The notes below the pieces were generated by a model that searched no databases, was not told where the DNA came from, and was given only the letters and a program-made list of their open reading frames with translations. The position numbers were made by a program, and so were the translations under genes. A DNA stretch of 64,000 nt from an uncultured Clostridium sp. (lineage in GTDB: Bacteria; Bacillota; Clostridia; TANB77; CAG-508): the NCBI GenBank assembly GCA_964587175.1, contig CAZPKK010000001.1, positions 7,684-71,683 on the forward strand, given 5' to 3'. This document shows, one piece after another, positions 51,605 to 60,834 of this stretch (positions within the stretch are counted from its first letter, which is position 1; every line of letters begins with the position of its first letter).

Positions 51605-53959
51605 TTATGCTTCTTCTATAATCTCATATCCAGCAATCTTATATCCTTTTATTCTTCTAAAATACATTTTTTCTAAAACTTTCATATTATCCAAATAATC
51701 ATAAACAATTACTTTACTTTTATCTTCATGTTCTCGGTGAAGTCTTCCTACATATTGCAATATTCTTCCTTTCCATGAAACTGGCATGGTCAAAAATAGT
51801 GTATCTAATCTACTATCATCAAAACCTTCTCCTATAGAACTACTTGTCGCCAAAATTATTCTTGGTTTATTGTTTTTATCAGCTTCATCAATAATGTCTC
51901 GAATTTCTTTTGATTTTTTCTTTCCCATTGCTCCTTTATAAATAACAACTGGAACATTTATACTATCTAATTTTTCTTTTAATATTTTCAAATGTTCTAC
52001 CCTCTCTGTTAAAACAATAGGAATTCTACCCTCTAAAACACATCTCTTTATATCTTGAACTATCATATTATTCCTAAATATATTATGACACATGTCATTT
52101 AAGATTTCTGAAATTTGTATTTTGTCTTTTCCTTCAGTAGAAATATATTTATAACCTGTACTCTTTACAATTACTACATGTTCCATTTCTTTATTTTGTT
52201 TTAATTCGCGATTTGCTACTCTAACTCTTATGTCCCCACATTGCATATAAATAATTTTATGCCATCCATCTTTTCTTGTAGGTGTTGCTGTTAAACCATA
52301 TACGTATTTACTTCTTATAGCTTTCAATACTTTTTCAAAACTAAATGCTGCAACATGATGACATTCATCTATTATAACAAGCCCATAATCCTTAACTATC
52401 TCATTTAAATTGTCTTTCTTGGCTAACGATTGAAAACTAGCTACATCTAATTTACCATTTAAATTTTCTTTACTCGCTCCAATTTGTCCTATTTCTTTTT
52501 TATTTATATTTAGGAAATATGATAATCTTTCTTTCCATTGTTCTAATAAATTATTTCTATTTACTATAACCAAAGTATTTGTTTTTAACTCTGAAATAAT
52601 TTTAGCTCCTATAACAGTTTTTCCAAAACCTGTAGTAGCACATAATATTCCTGTTTCATATTTTAATAACTCATTTTTTACATTTTCCTGCTTTTTATTT
52701 AGTTTTCCTATAAATGTATAATCTGTATTAATTCCTTTTTCTCTTGTATCTTTTATAATTAATTTAACATTGCTTTTTTCACATACTTCTTTAATTTTAT
52801 CTATGCATCCTCTAGGTAATTTTAGGAATCTATCATCTTCCTCAAAGCAACTTATGATCCTTGGTGTTTTATATATAGGTAGTCTTAATTTTTGTTTTTC
52901 ATAAAATTCTGGATTAGTAAAACTAGCTAATCTTTTTAAATAAGATACTTCATTTGGTAACAATTTTAGTTTTTTAACATAAATCATATTATCAAATATA
53001 CATTCTACATTATTTACAAATTTAATTTCTCTTAAATTTTCTTTTTCAGGCAATTCATCATCTTCTATCTGCTCTACATCAGGTTCTTTATAATCATCTT
53101 CTCTATATTTATTAACAAAATTATAAACATCATCACTTTTAATTCTTTTTATATTTTTCAAAATTTCAAATTGATTTTTTTCTGGCTCAAAATATTTATT
53201 TACAAAAACTGTATTTCCACTATTGCTACTTTCTCCCTGAAAAGGTAACGCTATTAGATTACCAAATCCACCTTTAGGCATTGTATCCTGATTTGGAAAT
53301 AACCTATCATATGAATCCAAGTCCAATGATTCTTTCTCCATCGTTTTTGTTAAAAGAATATTTCCCATTTTTCTAGCAACATTTGCTGGCATACTTTTTT
53401 CAAAAAATATCCATACATGCGCTCCATTTCCAGATCGCGATTTTTCAACATATATTGGTATATTTAGTTCATCACATATATTCCAAAATGCTAATACATC
53501 TTTCTCATAAGTCTTTTTATCAAAATCTATTGCTAGAAAATTACATAAATCTCCCGGTAATAGTGGGTAAATTCCTATAGTTATTTTTCCTTGTAAATGT
53601 TTTAATATAACATCTTTTGTTAAAGGTTGTAACTCTCTAAAAACACAATTATTGCATTTAACTCTTGGTTTATCACATTTATATGTATTAAATTCATTTA
53701 TACATACTGGTGAATACCCTGATTTTCCGCTTTTACTACTTGTCCACCTTTTTGCATAAATATCTGTCCTTCCTTTAAATATTTCCATAAATATTTTTAT
53801 TTTTTCTTCAGTTGAAATAGCTTTTGTTTCTTTTCTTATTTCTTTTTCTTCTACTTTTCTGTCTAATTTTCCATACAATTTTTCTTTTAGTTCTTTATTT
53901 TCTTTTTCTAATTCTTTTAATCTTTCTTTTAATTCTTTTTTTCCTAATTTTTCTAACAA
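51605..53959 (-). CDS. Fusion protein: N-terminal coiled coil + Zn-finger + AEP primase-polymerase-like domain, C-terminal SF2 (DECH/ResIII-type) helicase
   Basis: TTG start with AAGGAGGG RBS. Cx2C...CxxC (PVCINEFNTYKCDKPRVKCNNCVF). AEP-like motifs FLAIDFD (DxD), SRSGNGAHVWIFF (sGxGxHxW) and GGFGNLIALPF. Helicase motifs I TGFGKT, II VIIDECHH, III LTATPTR, VI QYVGRLHR. Confidence 0.6.
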   Translation of the reverse strand: MLEKLGKKELKERLKELEKENKELKEKLYGKLDRKVEEKEIRKETKAISTEEKIKIFMEIFKGRTDIYAKRWTSSKSGKSGYSPVCINEFNTYKCDKPRVKCNNCVFRELQPLTKDVILKHLQGKITIGIYPLLPGDLCNFLAIDFDKKTYEKDVLAFWNICDELNIPIYVEKSRSGNGAHVWIFFEKSMPANVARKMGNILLTKTMEKESLDLDSYDRLFPNQDTMPKGGFGNLIALPFQGESSNSGNTVFVNKYFEPEKNQFEILKNIKRIKSDDVYNFVNKYREDDYKEPDVEQIEDDELPEKENLREIKFVNNVECIFDNMIYVKKLKLLPNEVSYLKRLASFTNPEFYEKQKLRLPIYKTPRIISCFEEDDRFLKLPRGCIDKIKEVCEKSNVKLIIKDTREKGINTDYTFIGKLNKKQENVKNELLKYETGILCATTGFGKTVIGAKIISELKTNTLVIVNRNNLLEQWKERLSYFLNINKKEIGQIGASKENLNGKLDVASFQSLAKKDNLNEIVKDYGLVIIDECHHVAAFSFEKVLKAIRSKYVYGLTATPTRKDGWHKIIYMQCGDIRVRVANRELKQNKEMEHVVIVKSTGYKYISTEGKDKIQISEILNDMCHNIFRNNMIVQDIKRCVLEGRIPIVLTERVEHLKILKEKLDSINVPVVIYKGAMGKKKSKEIRDIIDEADKNNKPRIILATSSSIGEGFDDSRLDTLFLTMPVSWKGRILQYVGRLHREHEDKSKVIVYDYLDNMKVLEKMYFRRIKGYKIAGYEIIEEA

Positions 53960-54358
53960 AGCTATTCCCTCCTTTTATGTCTATATATTATATACTATTT
54001 TCAAGATTTTATCAAATTATGTAAATTTAACTTTTTTGTGATAAAAGATATACCCTTTTATTAATGATTTTTAAACATATTTGCTATCTACCATATTTTT
54101 AACTTTATAAATTATATACTTTGAGTCAGTTGAATATTAATTTAGAATTCAATTATTTTTGTCAAATTTAATTTCATAAGTTATAAAAATAAAGTGGGCA
54201 ATTTGAATTTTATAATTTTTCATTTTGCTCACTTTATTTATAAACTCTGCAGTGTTCTCTGCAGGAAATTTCTATCTTTTTCATTTTATATATACTTTTT
54301 TAATTATTGATTCATTAAGCGACATTTTTTAAAAAAACATCGCTTTCAACCGTCATTT

Positions 54359-55807
54359 TTATTGTTTTTGAAATTTATATTTTGTTCCTTCAGCCTTAAT
54401 GATAAGATTCAAATCTAAAAGTAAAGAAATTAAATTAGTTGCTCTTGTATCTTTTATATTTAAAATGTTCTTTATATCTTCCCTAGAAAACATATTGTTG
54501 TAGCCCATTTTTTCAAAAATATTTCTTATTTGATTTATTGTACTATTTCTAATATTTGTATTTTGTATACTTTTATATAACTGTATAAAAAATAAGTCTC
54601 TATCTGAAACAATATTTTTATTTTCATCCATTTCATTTGTTTTATAATAGCCCTTATTAGGAAATATCACTGTAAATGATAGAGAATCAGAAATAAATTT
54701 TGGTTTTTGAATAGAATCATTATAGCTCTCCAATATTCTACTTAATCCACTTCCCCTACGATCCATGTAATGTAATCTACTGAAAACATCTGCAATTACA
54801 ATATTTCTTCTCATAGATGGAATATTTTTTATCTCCAGATTTTGAATAAGACTGCCATCAAACATCCCTCCTGGTGAAGTAATTTCTAATCTATCATCAA
54901 ACATATCTATATGAATTTCTGCTCCTAAAATCTGATAATCTCTGTGAATTAATGCATTTACTATTGCTTCCCTACGTGCAGTAATGGGATATTCCTCTAG
55001 TTCTTGTCTTTCCATTCCTACGACTTTCCAAGACATTTTAGAATTATTTTTTATAAAAGAATCTGCATTCTCTAATAATGCTATAATACTTCCATTATAT
55101 TCCTTGTCATCAATTGCATCTTCTGCTATTATTCCCTTATTTAAGCCTTTCCACCTAGTACATACAATTTTAGACTGCTTTAAGGGATTTTGATCACTTA
55201 ATAATAGTCCTGCATTTGTTAGTTCTTTTTCAGTGTTAGCTAAGCCCAAAGAAAAGAAATCTTTATTTTCATCAAATTTTTTATTCGTTTTTTCTTTTAT
55301 AGTCGCTGCTAACAAAGTAAAACTTAAATCATTAATTTTATAATCTGTTGGTAATGCATCAAATGTTAAATTTTTTCCTTTTAATATAAGATTATTTAAT
55401 ATATGTTCTGGAGCGGGTATACTTTGATTTCCAGAACGAATAAAAGCTTCTTTTCTTCCATCTATTACTAAATAATATGGAGTTGACGGTCCATCTCCTA
55501 TTTTTAATTCTAAAAAATCTTTTCCATTTTCAGTAAAAGAATTTATTTCATATCTAGGTAATGGTAAAATTCTAGCATTTATAATTTCAGTAATTTTTTC
55601 AGCTACCTGTTGAATATTATCTAATCCTTTTAGTTCATGTGTACTGTCATCCACTCCGAATAAAATGATTCCACCTTTTGAATTAGCAAATGCGGATACT
55701 GACTTTAACCAACTTTTAGGTTTTTTTTCTTCTAATGCAATTTTATAATCAATATTACTTGTCTCTGCTTTTTCATAATCTTTTATCTTCAAATTATATA
55801 CCTCCAC
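54359..55807 (-). CDS. Schlafen/AlbA_2 domain ATPase with C-terminal HATPase_c_4-like domain (RecG-C-terminal-like putative regulator)
   Basis: N-terminal AlbA_2 signature (ETSNIDYKIALEEKK...LKSVSAFANSKGGIILFGVDD). C-terminal REAIVNALIHRDY motif typical of the HATPase_c_4 family. RBS GGAGGT. Confidence 0.65.
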   Translation of the reverse strand: MEVYNLKIKDYEKAETSNIDYKIALEEKKPKSWLKSVSAFANSKGGIILFGVDDSTHELKGLDNIQQVAEKITEIINARILPLPRYEINSFTENGKDFLELKIGDGPSTPYYLVIDGRKEAFIRSGNQSIPAPEHILNNLILKGKNLTFDALPTDYKINDLSFTLLAATIKEKTNKKFDENKDFFSLGLANTEKELTNAGLLLSDQNPLKQSKIVCTRWKGLNKGIIAEDAIDDKEYNGSIIALLENADSFIKNNSKMSWKVVGMERQELEEYPITARREAIVNALIHRDYQILGAEIHIDMFDDRLEITSPGGMFDGSLIQNLEIKNIPSMRRNIVIADVFSRLHYMDRRGSGLSRILESYNDSIQKPKFISDSLSFTVIFPNKGYYKTNEMDENKNIVSDRDLFFIQLYKSIQNTNIRNSTINQIRNIFEKMGYNNMFSREDIKNILNIKDTRATNLISLLLDLNLIIKAEGTKYKFQKQ

Positions 55808-55864
55808 ATTATAATTTTAATATTATATTATCACTTTTATGCTTTTATTACAACCAATTTTTAT

Positions 55865-55893
55865 AAAAAATGTCGCTTATAAGCGACATTTTT
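55865..55893. promoter_or_regulatory. Perfect 29-nt palindrome AAAAATGTCGCTTATAAGCGACATTTTT, followed at 55901 by a third AAGCGACATTTTT copy
   Basis: Read directly. It sits in the 196-nt gap between the MTase gene end and the AlbA_2 gene start. Likely a terminator for the upstream operon and/or an operator. Confidence 0.5.
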
Positions 55894-56003
55894 GCATATA
55901 AAGCGACATTTTTTCTTTACTATTCTATTATATTTCTATCATTTAACACATATTTAAATATTTTTGAATTATTTTTATGTATTTTAATTCTAATATTGAT
56001 ATT

Positions 56004-57329
56004 TTAATTATTTTTACTTTTTAATCCAATCAGTGCTCTTGCAATAGCTTTTGATAATAATGGTGGTACAGCATTTCCAACTTGAACATATTGAGCTGTT
56101 CTTGGACCTTCAAACAAATAATTATCAGGAAAACTTTGAATCCTAGCTGCTTCTCTAACTGTTAATGCTCTACACTGTTTAATATCTGGATGAATATTAT
56201 AATGTCCATCCTTGCTTATATGAGCAACTATTGTATGTGGTACTTCATACATTCCATGTACTTTAAATCTATCTGAAAATGATTTTTCATTTTTATGTGT
56301 TTTTAAATTTTCTGGTAATTCGTTATAATAAAGTTTCTCCTTTTTATTTGCTTTTTTTATTGCCAATTGATAAATCTTCTTATCACGATCATTTAATTTT
56401 CTTGCTTTGTGATTTAAAATTCCTATACTATCTTTTCTTAAGTATTCTTCATACTTTGATTGAGGGAGATTCTTATATTTTACAATTTTTCTATCATATC
56501 CTTCTCCATCTTTCAGTTTATTTAAATCTAATATAGCATTTTTAGTATTAATATCCTCGTCAAATTTTTCTGCATATTTTTCAAAATCTGGATAGTCATA
56601 ATTCAAGTCTCTTCTTACTCCAAATAATATTACTCTTTTTCTAGTTTGATATACACCATAATTTATAGCTTCTTGAAGATTCTCTTCTTTATTCTTATTA
56701 TTTCCTACTTTTAACATGTAGTCAATTTTACTGAATTCTTCTGAAATTTCATCAAATATTTTTCCTTTTTGAGCTGTAAATATCCCAGGTACATTTTCAA
56801 ATATAAACATTTCCGGTTTGTATTTTTTTACTATATCTCTATAATAGTAAAATAAATAATTTCTTTCATCTTCTTTTACTTTTTCCTTCATTCTACTTCT
56901 TCCAATTACAGAATATGCTTGACATGGAGGGCCTCCAATTATGATATCTACTTTTTTTTCTTTTAGATATCTCATTGATTTATCAATCAATTTAAATATC
57001 TCATTTATATCTGTTGCATCTTTATCTTTTTTTACATTTCCAAATTTTTTATTTAATACTGTTTTATCCAATAAATCTCTTAATTCAGGATATTTTTTAA
57101 AAACAATTTCTCTATTTTTATCTACATTATTATAATTATCTGATGATAATAAATATTTATTATACATCTCCAAATCATCTTTTTCTTTTAAATAATAGTA
57201 CATTATTCTTGTTTTTAATGTTTCACATGCCCAATATTCTTTTTCAATATGTGCTACAAATTTATATCCTTCACTTAAGAAGCCTTCTGTTAAACCTCCT
57301 GCACCTGAAAACAAATCTATTACTACCAT
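56004..57329 (-). CDS. DNA (cytosine-5)-methyltransferase
   Basis: Motif I VIDLFSGAGGLTEGF, motif IV GGPPCQAYS, motif VI FIFENVPG, motif VIII QTRKRVILFG, motif X VGNAVPPLL. Confidence 0.9.
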   Translation of the reverse strand: MVVIDLFSGAGGLTEGFLSEGYKFVAHIEKEYWACETLKTRIMYYYLKEKDDLEMYNKYLLSSDNYNNVDKNREIVFKKYPELRDLLDKTVLNKKFGNVKKDKDATDINEIFKLIDKSMRYLKEKKVDIIIGGPPCQAYSVIGRSRMKEKVKEDERNYLFYYYRDIVKKYKPEMFIFENVPGIFTAQKGKIFDEISEEFSKIDYMLKVGNNKNKEENLQEAINYGVYQTRKRVILFGVRRDLNYDYPDFEKYAEKFDEDINTKNAILDLNKLKDGEGYDRKIVKYKNLPQSKYEEYLRKDSIGILNHKARKLNDRDKKIYQLAIKKANKKEKLYYNELPENLKTHKNEKSFSDRFKVHGMYEVPHTIVAHISKDGHYNIHPDIKQCRALTVREAARIQSFPDNYLFEGPRTAQYVQVGNAVPPLLSKAIARALIGLKSKNN

Positions 57330-57338
57330 TTTATTCTC

Positions 57339-59030
57339 CTATAAATCTATATTTTGTTTGCATAGAATATACAATAATAACTTTGCTCTTGAAATTGCAA
57401 CATAATTTAATATTTTAGAATCTATATCATTTACTTTGTCTACATCACAAAGTATTATAATTTTTGATTCTAATCCTTTAAAGCTATGTATTGTTGAAAA
57501 TCTTATATAATCATCTTGCTTATTTTCAGAATAGTCTGCAATATTTTTTACTCTGGCTATATCTTTTAAAAAATTATTTCCTTTAAATACGCTATCTTCA
57601 TAATTATATCTAGACAAAATTGTAATTTCATTATTTTTTATTCCATTCATTTTTAATCTTTTAACAATTCTTTTTATTTCATTCTTTTGACTAATTTCAT
57701 CGCCATACTTTATTATTTCTACATCCTCACCTATTGCTTCATCATTTATACTTTGGATTATTCCTGTTATTTTCACATTCATATTAGAAATCTGCATTGT
57801 ATTTCTGCAATTTTTAGTTAGAACTGTTATTACTGGTCTTATATCTTCTTCTAATAATTCTAGTAATTCTTTAAGTTCATTATTATATAAATTCTGCTTT
57901 TCATCTAATGCCATATACCAATTTCCGTTTTTTAGACCACCATATATTAACTTATCTAAACATTCAATATATTGTATTTTTATTAAATCTTGAGCTTCAT
58001 CTAATAACATCACTTCATATTCTTCATTATCGATTCTTATAAAATCTTGTGGTAATTGAGTTTCAAAAAATTTACTTGTATTCTCTACTATATAACTATT
58101 ATCTACCTTTCTAATTTTTTCTAGCATATAAGCATGTAAACTTGTAATTTTTATATTATTTTTTATTTCATTATCTTCTTGTTTTAATCGTTCATTTAAA
58201 TACTTACTTAATACTTTATTATAACATACAAATATTACTTTTTTCCCTAGTGCAGATAATTCAAGTGCTTTTTCATATAATAAAACAGTCTTTCCAGTTC
58301 CTCCTGTTCCTTTAATTATTATTCTTTTATTTTCAGACATAGAATCTAATATTTGTTTTTGTTCTTTAGTTAACTTTATTAATATTTTCTCTGTAGATTT
58401 CAATTCTGATGCCAGACTTTGTGAATATCCAAAATCTCCTCTTAATATAGTTGTTATTCTACTTACTTCTGAATTATTTAAAAAACTTCTTTTAGCATTA
58501 TATTTTTTAAAAAACTTGTCTGAATGATATTTAAACACATTATCAATTATTGTCTTTATATCACTATCTTGTAGTTTTTCAATATCTATTGTTATTTTTC
58601 CTTCTATATCTATTTCCTGCCTATCAAAAACTATATCTGGAAAAGCTACAGCATATGCAAACTGAATATTAGAAACATTTATATTTGTATTACTTAACCT
58701 ATTTCTTAAATATTTCATCAATGAATACATATTTTTAGATACTTGATCATATGGTCCTTCAACTTTTTCATTTTTATTTCCATATCTATCTGTAAAAATC
58801 CATATTCCTTCCTTTCTTTCAACTCTTCCACCTTTTACTTCTATACATAATATACCTTTTGGACATATTATCAAAAAATCTATTTCTCCTTCTACTTTTT
58901 GTATATGCTCCAATAATTTTAATGAATGCATTACAATATATTCATTAGGTAATTCCTTTAATTTTTCAAACATTTTCTTTTCAGCTGAACTACAATTTTC
59001 TATAATTTGATTTGGTATCATTTTTGCCAT
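57339..59030 (-). CDS. NERD nuclease-like domain fused to UvrD-like (SF1) helicase/ATPase
   Basis: N-terminal NERD pattern (GEIDFLIICPKGILCIEVKGGRVER), Walker A GTGGTGKT, C-terminal UvrD-C-like motif IRFSTIHSFKGLESKIIIL. RBS AGGAGAG. Confidence 0.7.
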   Translation of the reverse strand: MAKMIPNQIIENCSSAEKKMFEKLKELPNEYIVMHSLKLLEHIQKVEGEIDFLIICPKGILCIEVKGGRVERKEGIWIFTDRYGNKNEKVEGPYDQVSKNMYSLMKYLRNRLSNTNINVSNIQFAYAVAFPDIVFDRQEIDIEGKITIDIEKLQDSDIKTIIDNVFKYHSDKFFKKYNAKRSFLNNSEVSRITTILRGDFGYSQSLASELKSTEKILIKLTKEQKQILDSMSENKRIIIKGTGGTGKTVLLYEKALELSALGKKVIFVCYNKVLSKYLNERLKQEDNEIKNNIKITSLHAYMLEKIRKVDNSYIVENTSKFFETQLPQDFIRIDNEEYEVMLLDEAQDLIKIQYIECLDKLIYGGLKNGNWYMALDEKQNLYNNELKELLELLEEDIRPVITVLTKNCRNTMQISNMNVKITGIIQSINDEAIGEDVEIIKYGDEISQKNEIKRIVKRLKMNGIKNNEITILSRYNYEDSVFKGNNFLKDIARVKNIADYSENKQDDYIRFSTIHSFKGLESKIIILCDVDKVNDIDSKILNYVAISRAKLLLYILCKQNIDL

Positions 59031-59054
59031 ATCTAATTTTCTCTCCTCTGTAAC

Positions 59055-60830
59055 TTATCTCTCTTCGTTTTGATAAAACTCTTTAAAAAATCCTATTTCT
59101 AAATTATCTAATCTTCCTCTTATTGCTGCTCTATCTAACAAAATATTTCTTAATTCACAACTTGTTTCTGGCAAGAGCGTACATGCATGGCAAGCGACTA
59201 AATTTAAATCTTTGTATCCTGATTGTTCTCTTTCTATGCACAATGGATCTGTTGAACACCAAGCCATATTTTCTATAGTTTTTTCTAATATTTTTTCAAA
59301 TTTTTTTGTTTTTCCTTGTTTTACCAATCCCCCTAGACTACCATCTGAATCACTAGATGTTGTATATATTAATATACCAGCCATATCAATTTTCCCATCA
59401 TCAAATGTAGTATAAATTCTCTCTTTTAAAGCTGTAGAAGAATACCCACATTCAAAAGTTAATTGTCTTATAATTGCATGTGACAAAGTATGTAGCAAGA
59501 TAGTTCTAGGTGTTATTGCTTTTCTTAATCCTTTTAAATATCCTTCTTCCTTTCTATTAACTATATATTCATATCTTCTTTTTACAGCTACTCTATTTTC
59601 CCATTCTTGAATTTTTGCTTTATTAAATTCTATAAATATTCCTTCACCTTTCTGATTCACTCCTGGTAACCATTTTTGGTTTATTTTATCAGTTAACCTA
59701 GTATAAGAATTACTATCTATTAGGTCATATTCTGGGTTTATCCTTTTAAAACCAACTTCTACAATTGTTTCTGTCATTTTCTTTACTAATATTACTTTAT
59801 TTATATATTTATTTATGAATTCTGGTACCTGTTCCTCTTTAGTTATAAATTCGTCTTCATTTGCTTCCATTCTTAATGCTTTATATTCATCTTCTAATAA
59901 TTCATTAAATGTTAACTCATCTCTATTTTTTTCTGCTAATACTGCTTCTACCATATAATCTGCTTCTTCTTTTGATATATTGTATAATCTTAATAATTTA
60001 TTTATTATTGTATGTATTAACATTTGTGTATTATCAAAATCTTCCTTATTTTCTTCGTAAAATTTTTCTATTTTTTGACTTATCTCTTTGCTCCAAGGAG
60101 GTATTAATATAGAACTTACAGTTATTGGAAAATATACTGATGAAGATGATCTTTGTAAAGTAACTACATTTTCACTACAATGCTCTCTCTTGTCTCCTAA
60201 CCAAGATTCTTCACCATTGCATTGTACTTTAAAAGTTCTCTCACTAAATGTTGCTCCCATATCTCTTTTTTTACCACATTCACATTCAATTATTATAGAC
60301 TTCAATTCTCCAGTTTTTCCTGTATCTTTTATTTTCATCATTTTATTGCATTCAGTTGGTCCTCCATGTACCCATTCACGATATGGAAAATCTGAAATAT
60401 GTCCTTTCTCACAAGCTACAACAAATCTTGATGGAATTACTTCTCTATTACATTTATCACAAAAAATTTTGCCATTTTTTAATAAGAACTCTGTATATGG
60501 AGCTAATTTTTTACAAATTGGACAATAATACCACTTTGGAAATCTATATGCTTGAATATCAGGATGTAGAAAATGATTATTGGACTTATCTTTTGTAAAA
60601 GGTGGCATTAAAAAATAATCTTTTCCTAGTAAATTTTGTAATCTTATGTTATTTATTTTTAATTCATCTACATTTTCACTTTTTTCCCAACCATCAATTC
60701 CTGCAATAATTACTGATGCATCTTTTAAATCAGCTATTGCTCCAGGTCCCATTGTTGTTATTAACTGATTCCTTCTTAATTTTCCTTTAATTCTTGGTTT
60801 TTTGTCTTTTTCTATTTCCATATTTATCAT
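59055..60830 (-). CDS. DUF1998 (MrfB/DrmB-like zinc-binding domain) protein
   Basis: Multiple CxxC pairs (YCPICKK, CDKCNRE) and a C-terminal four-Cys signature (CSTDPLCIERE...LVACHACTLLPETSCELRNILLDRAAI) typical of DUF1998. Start overlaps the upstream helicase stop, suggesting translational coupling. Confidence 0.65.
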   Translation of the reverse strand: MINMEIEKDKKPRIKGKLRRNQLITTMGPGAIADLKDASVIIAGIDGWEKSENVDELKINNIRLQNLLGKDYFLMPPFTKDKSNNHFLHPDIQAYRFPKWYYCPICKKLAPYTEFLLKNGKIFCDKCNREVIPSRFVVACEKGHISDFPYREWVHGGPTECNKMMKIKDTGKTGELKSIIIECECGKKRDMGATFSERTFKVQCNGEESWLGDKREHCSENVVTLQRSSSSVYFPITVSSILIPPWSKEISQKIEKFYEENKEDFDNTQMLIHTIINKLLRLYNISKEEADYMVEAVLAEKNRDELTFNELLEDEYKALRMEANEDEFITKEEQVPEFINKYINKVILVKKMTETIVEVGFKRINPEYDLIDSNSYTRLTDKINQKWLPGVNQKGEGIFIEFNKAKIQEWENRVAVKRRYEYIVNRKEEGYLKGLRKAITPRTILLHTLSHAIIRQLTFECGYSSTALKERIYTTFDDGKIDMAGILIYTTSSDSDGSLGGLVKQGKTKKFEKILEKTIENMAWCSTDPLCIEREQSGYKDLNLVACHACTLLPETSCELRNILLDRAAIRGRLDNLEIGFFKEFYQNEER

Positions 60831-60834
60831 TCCT

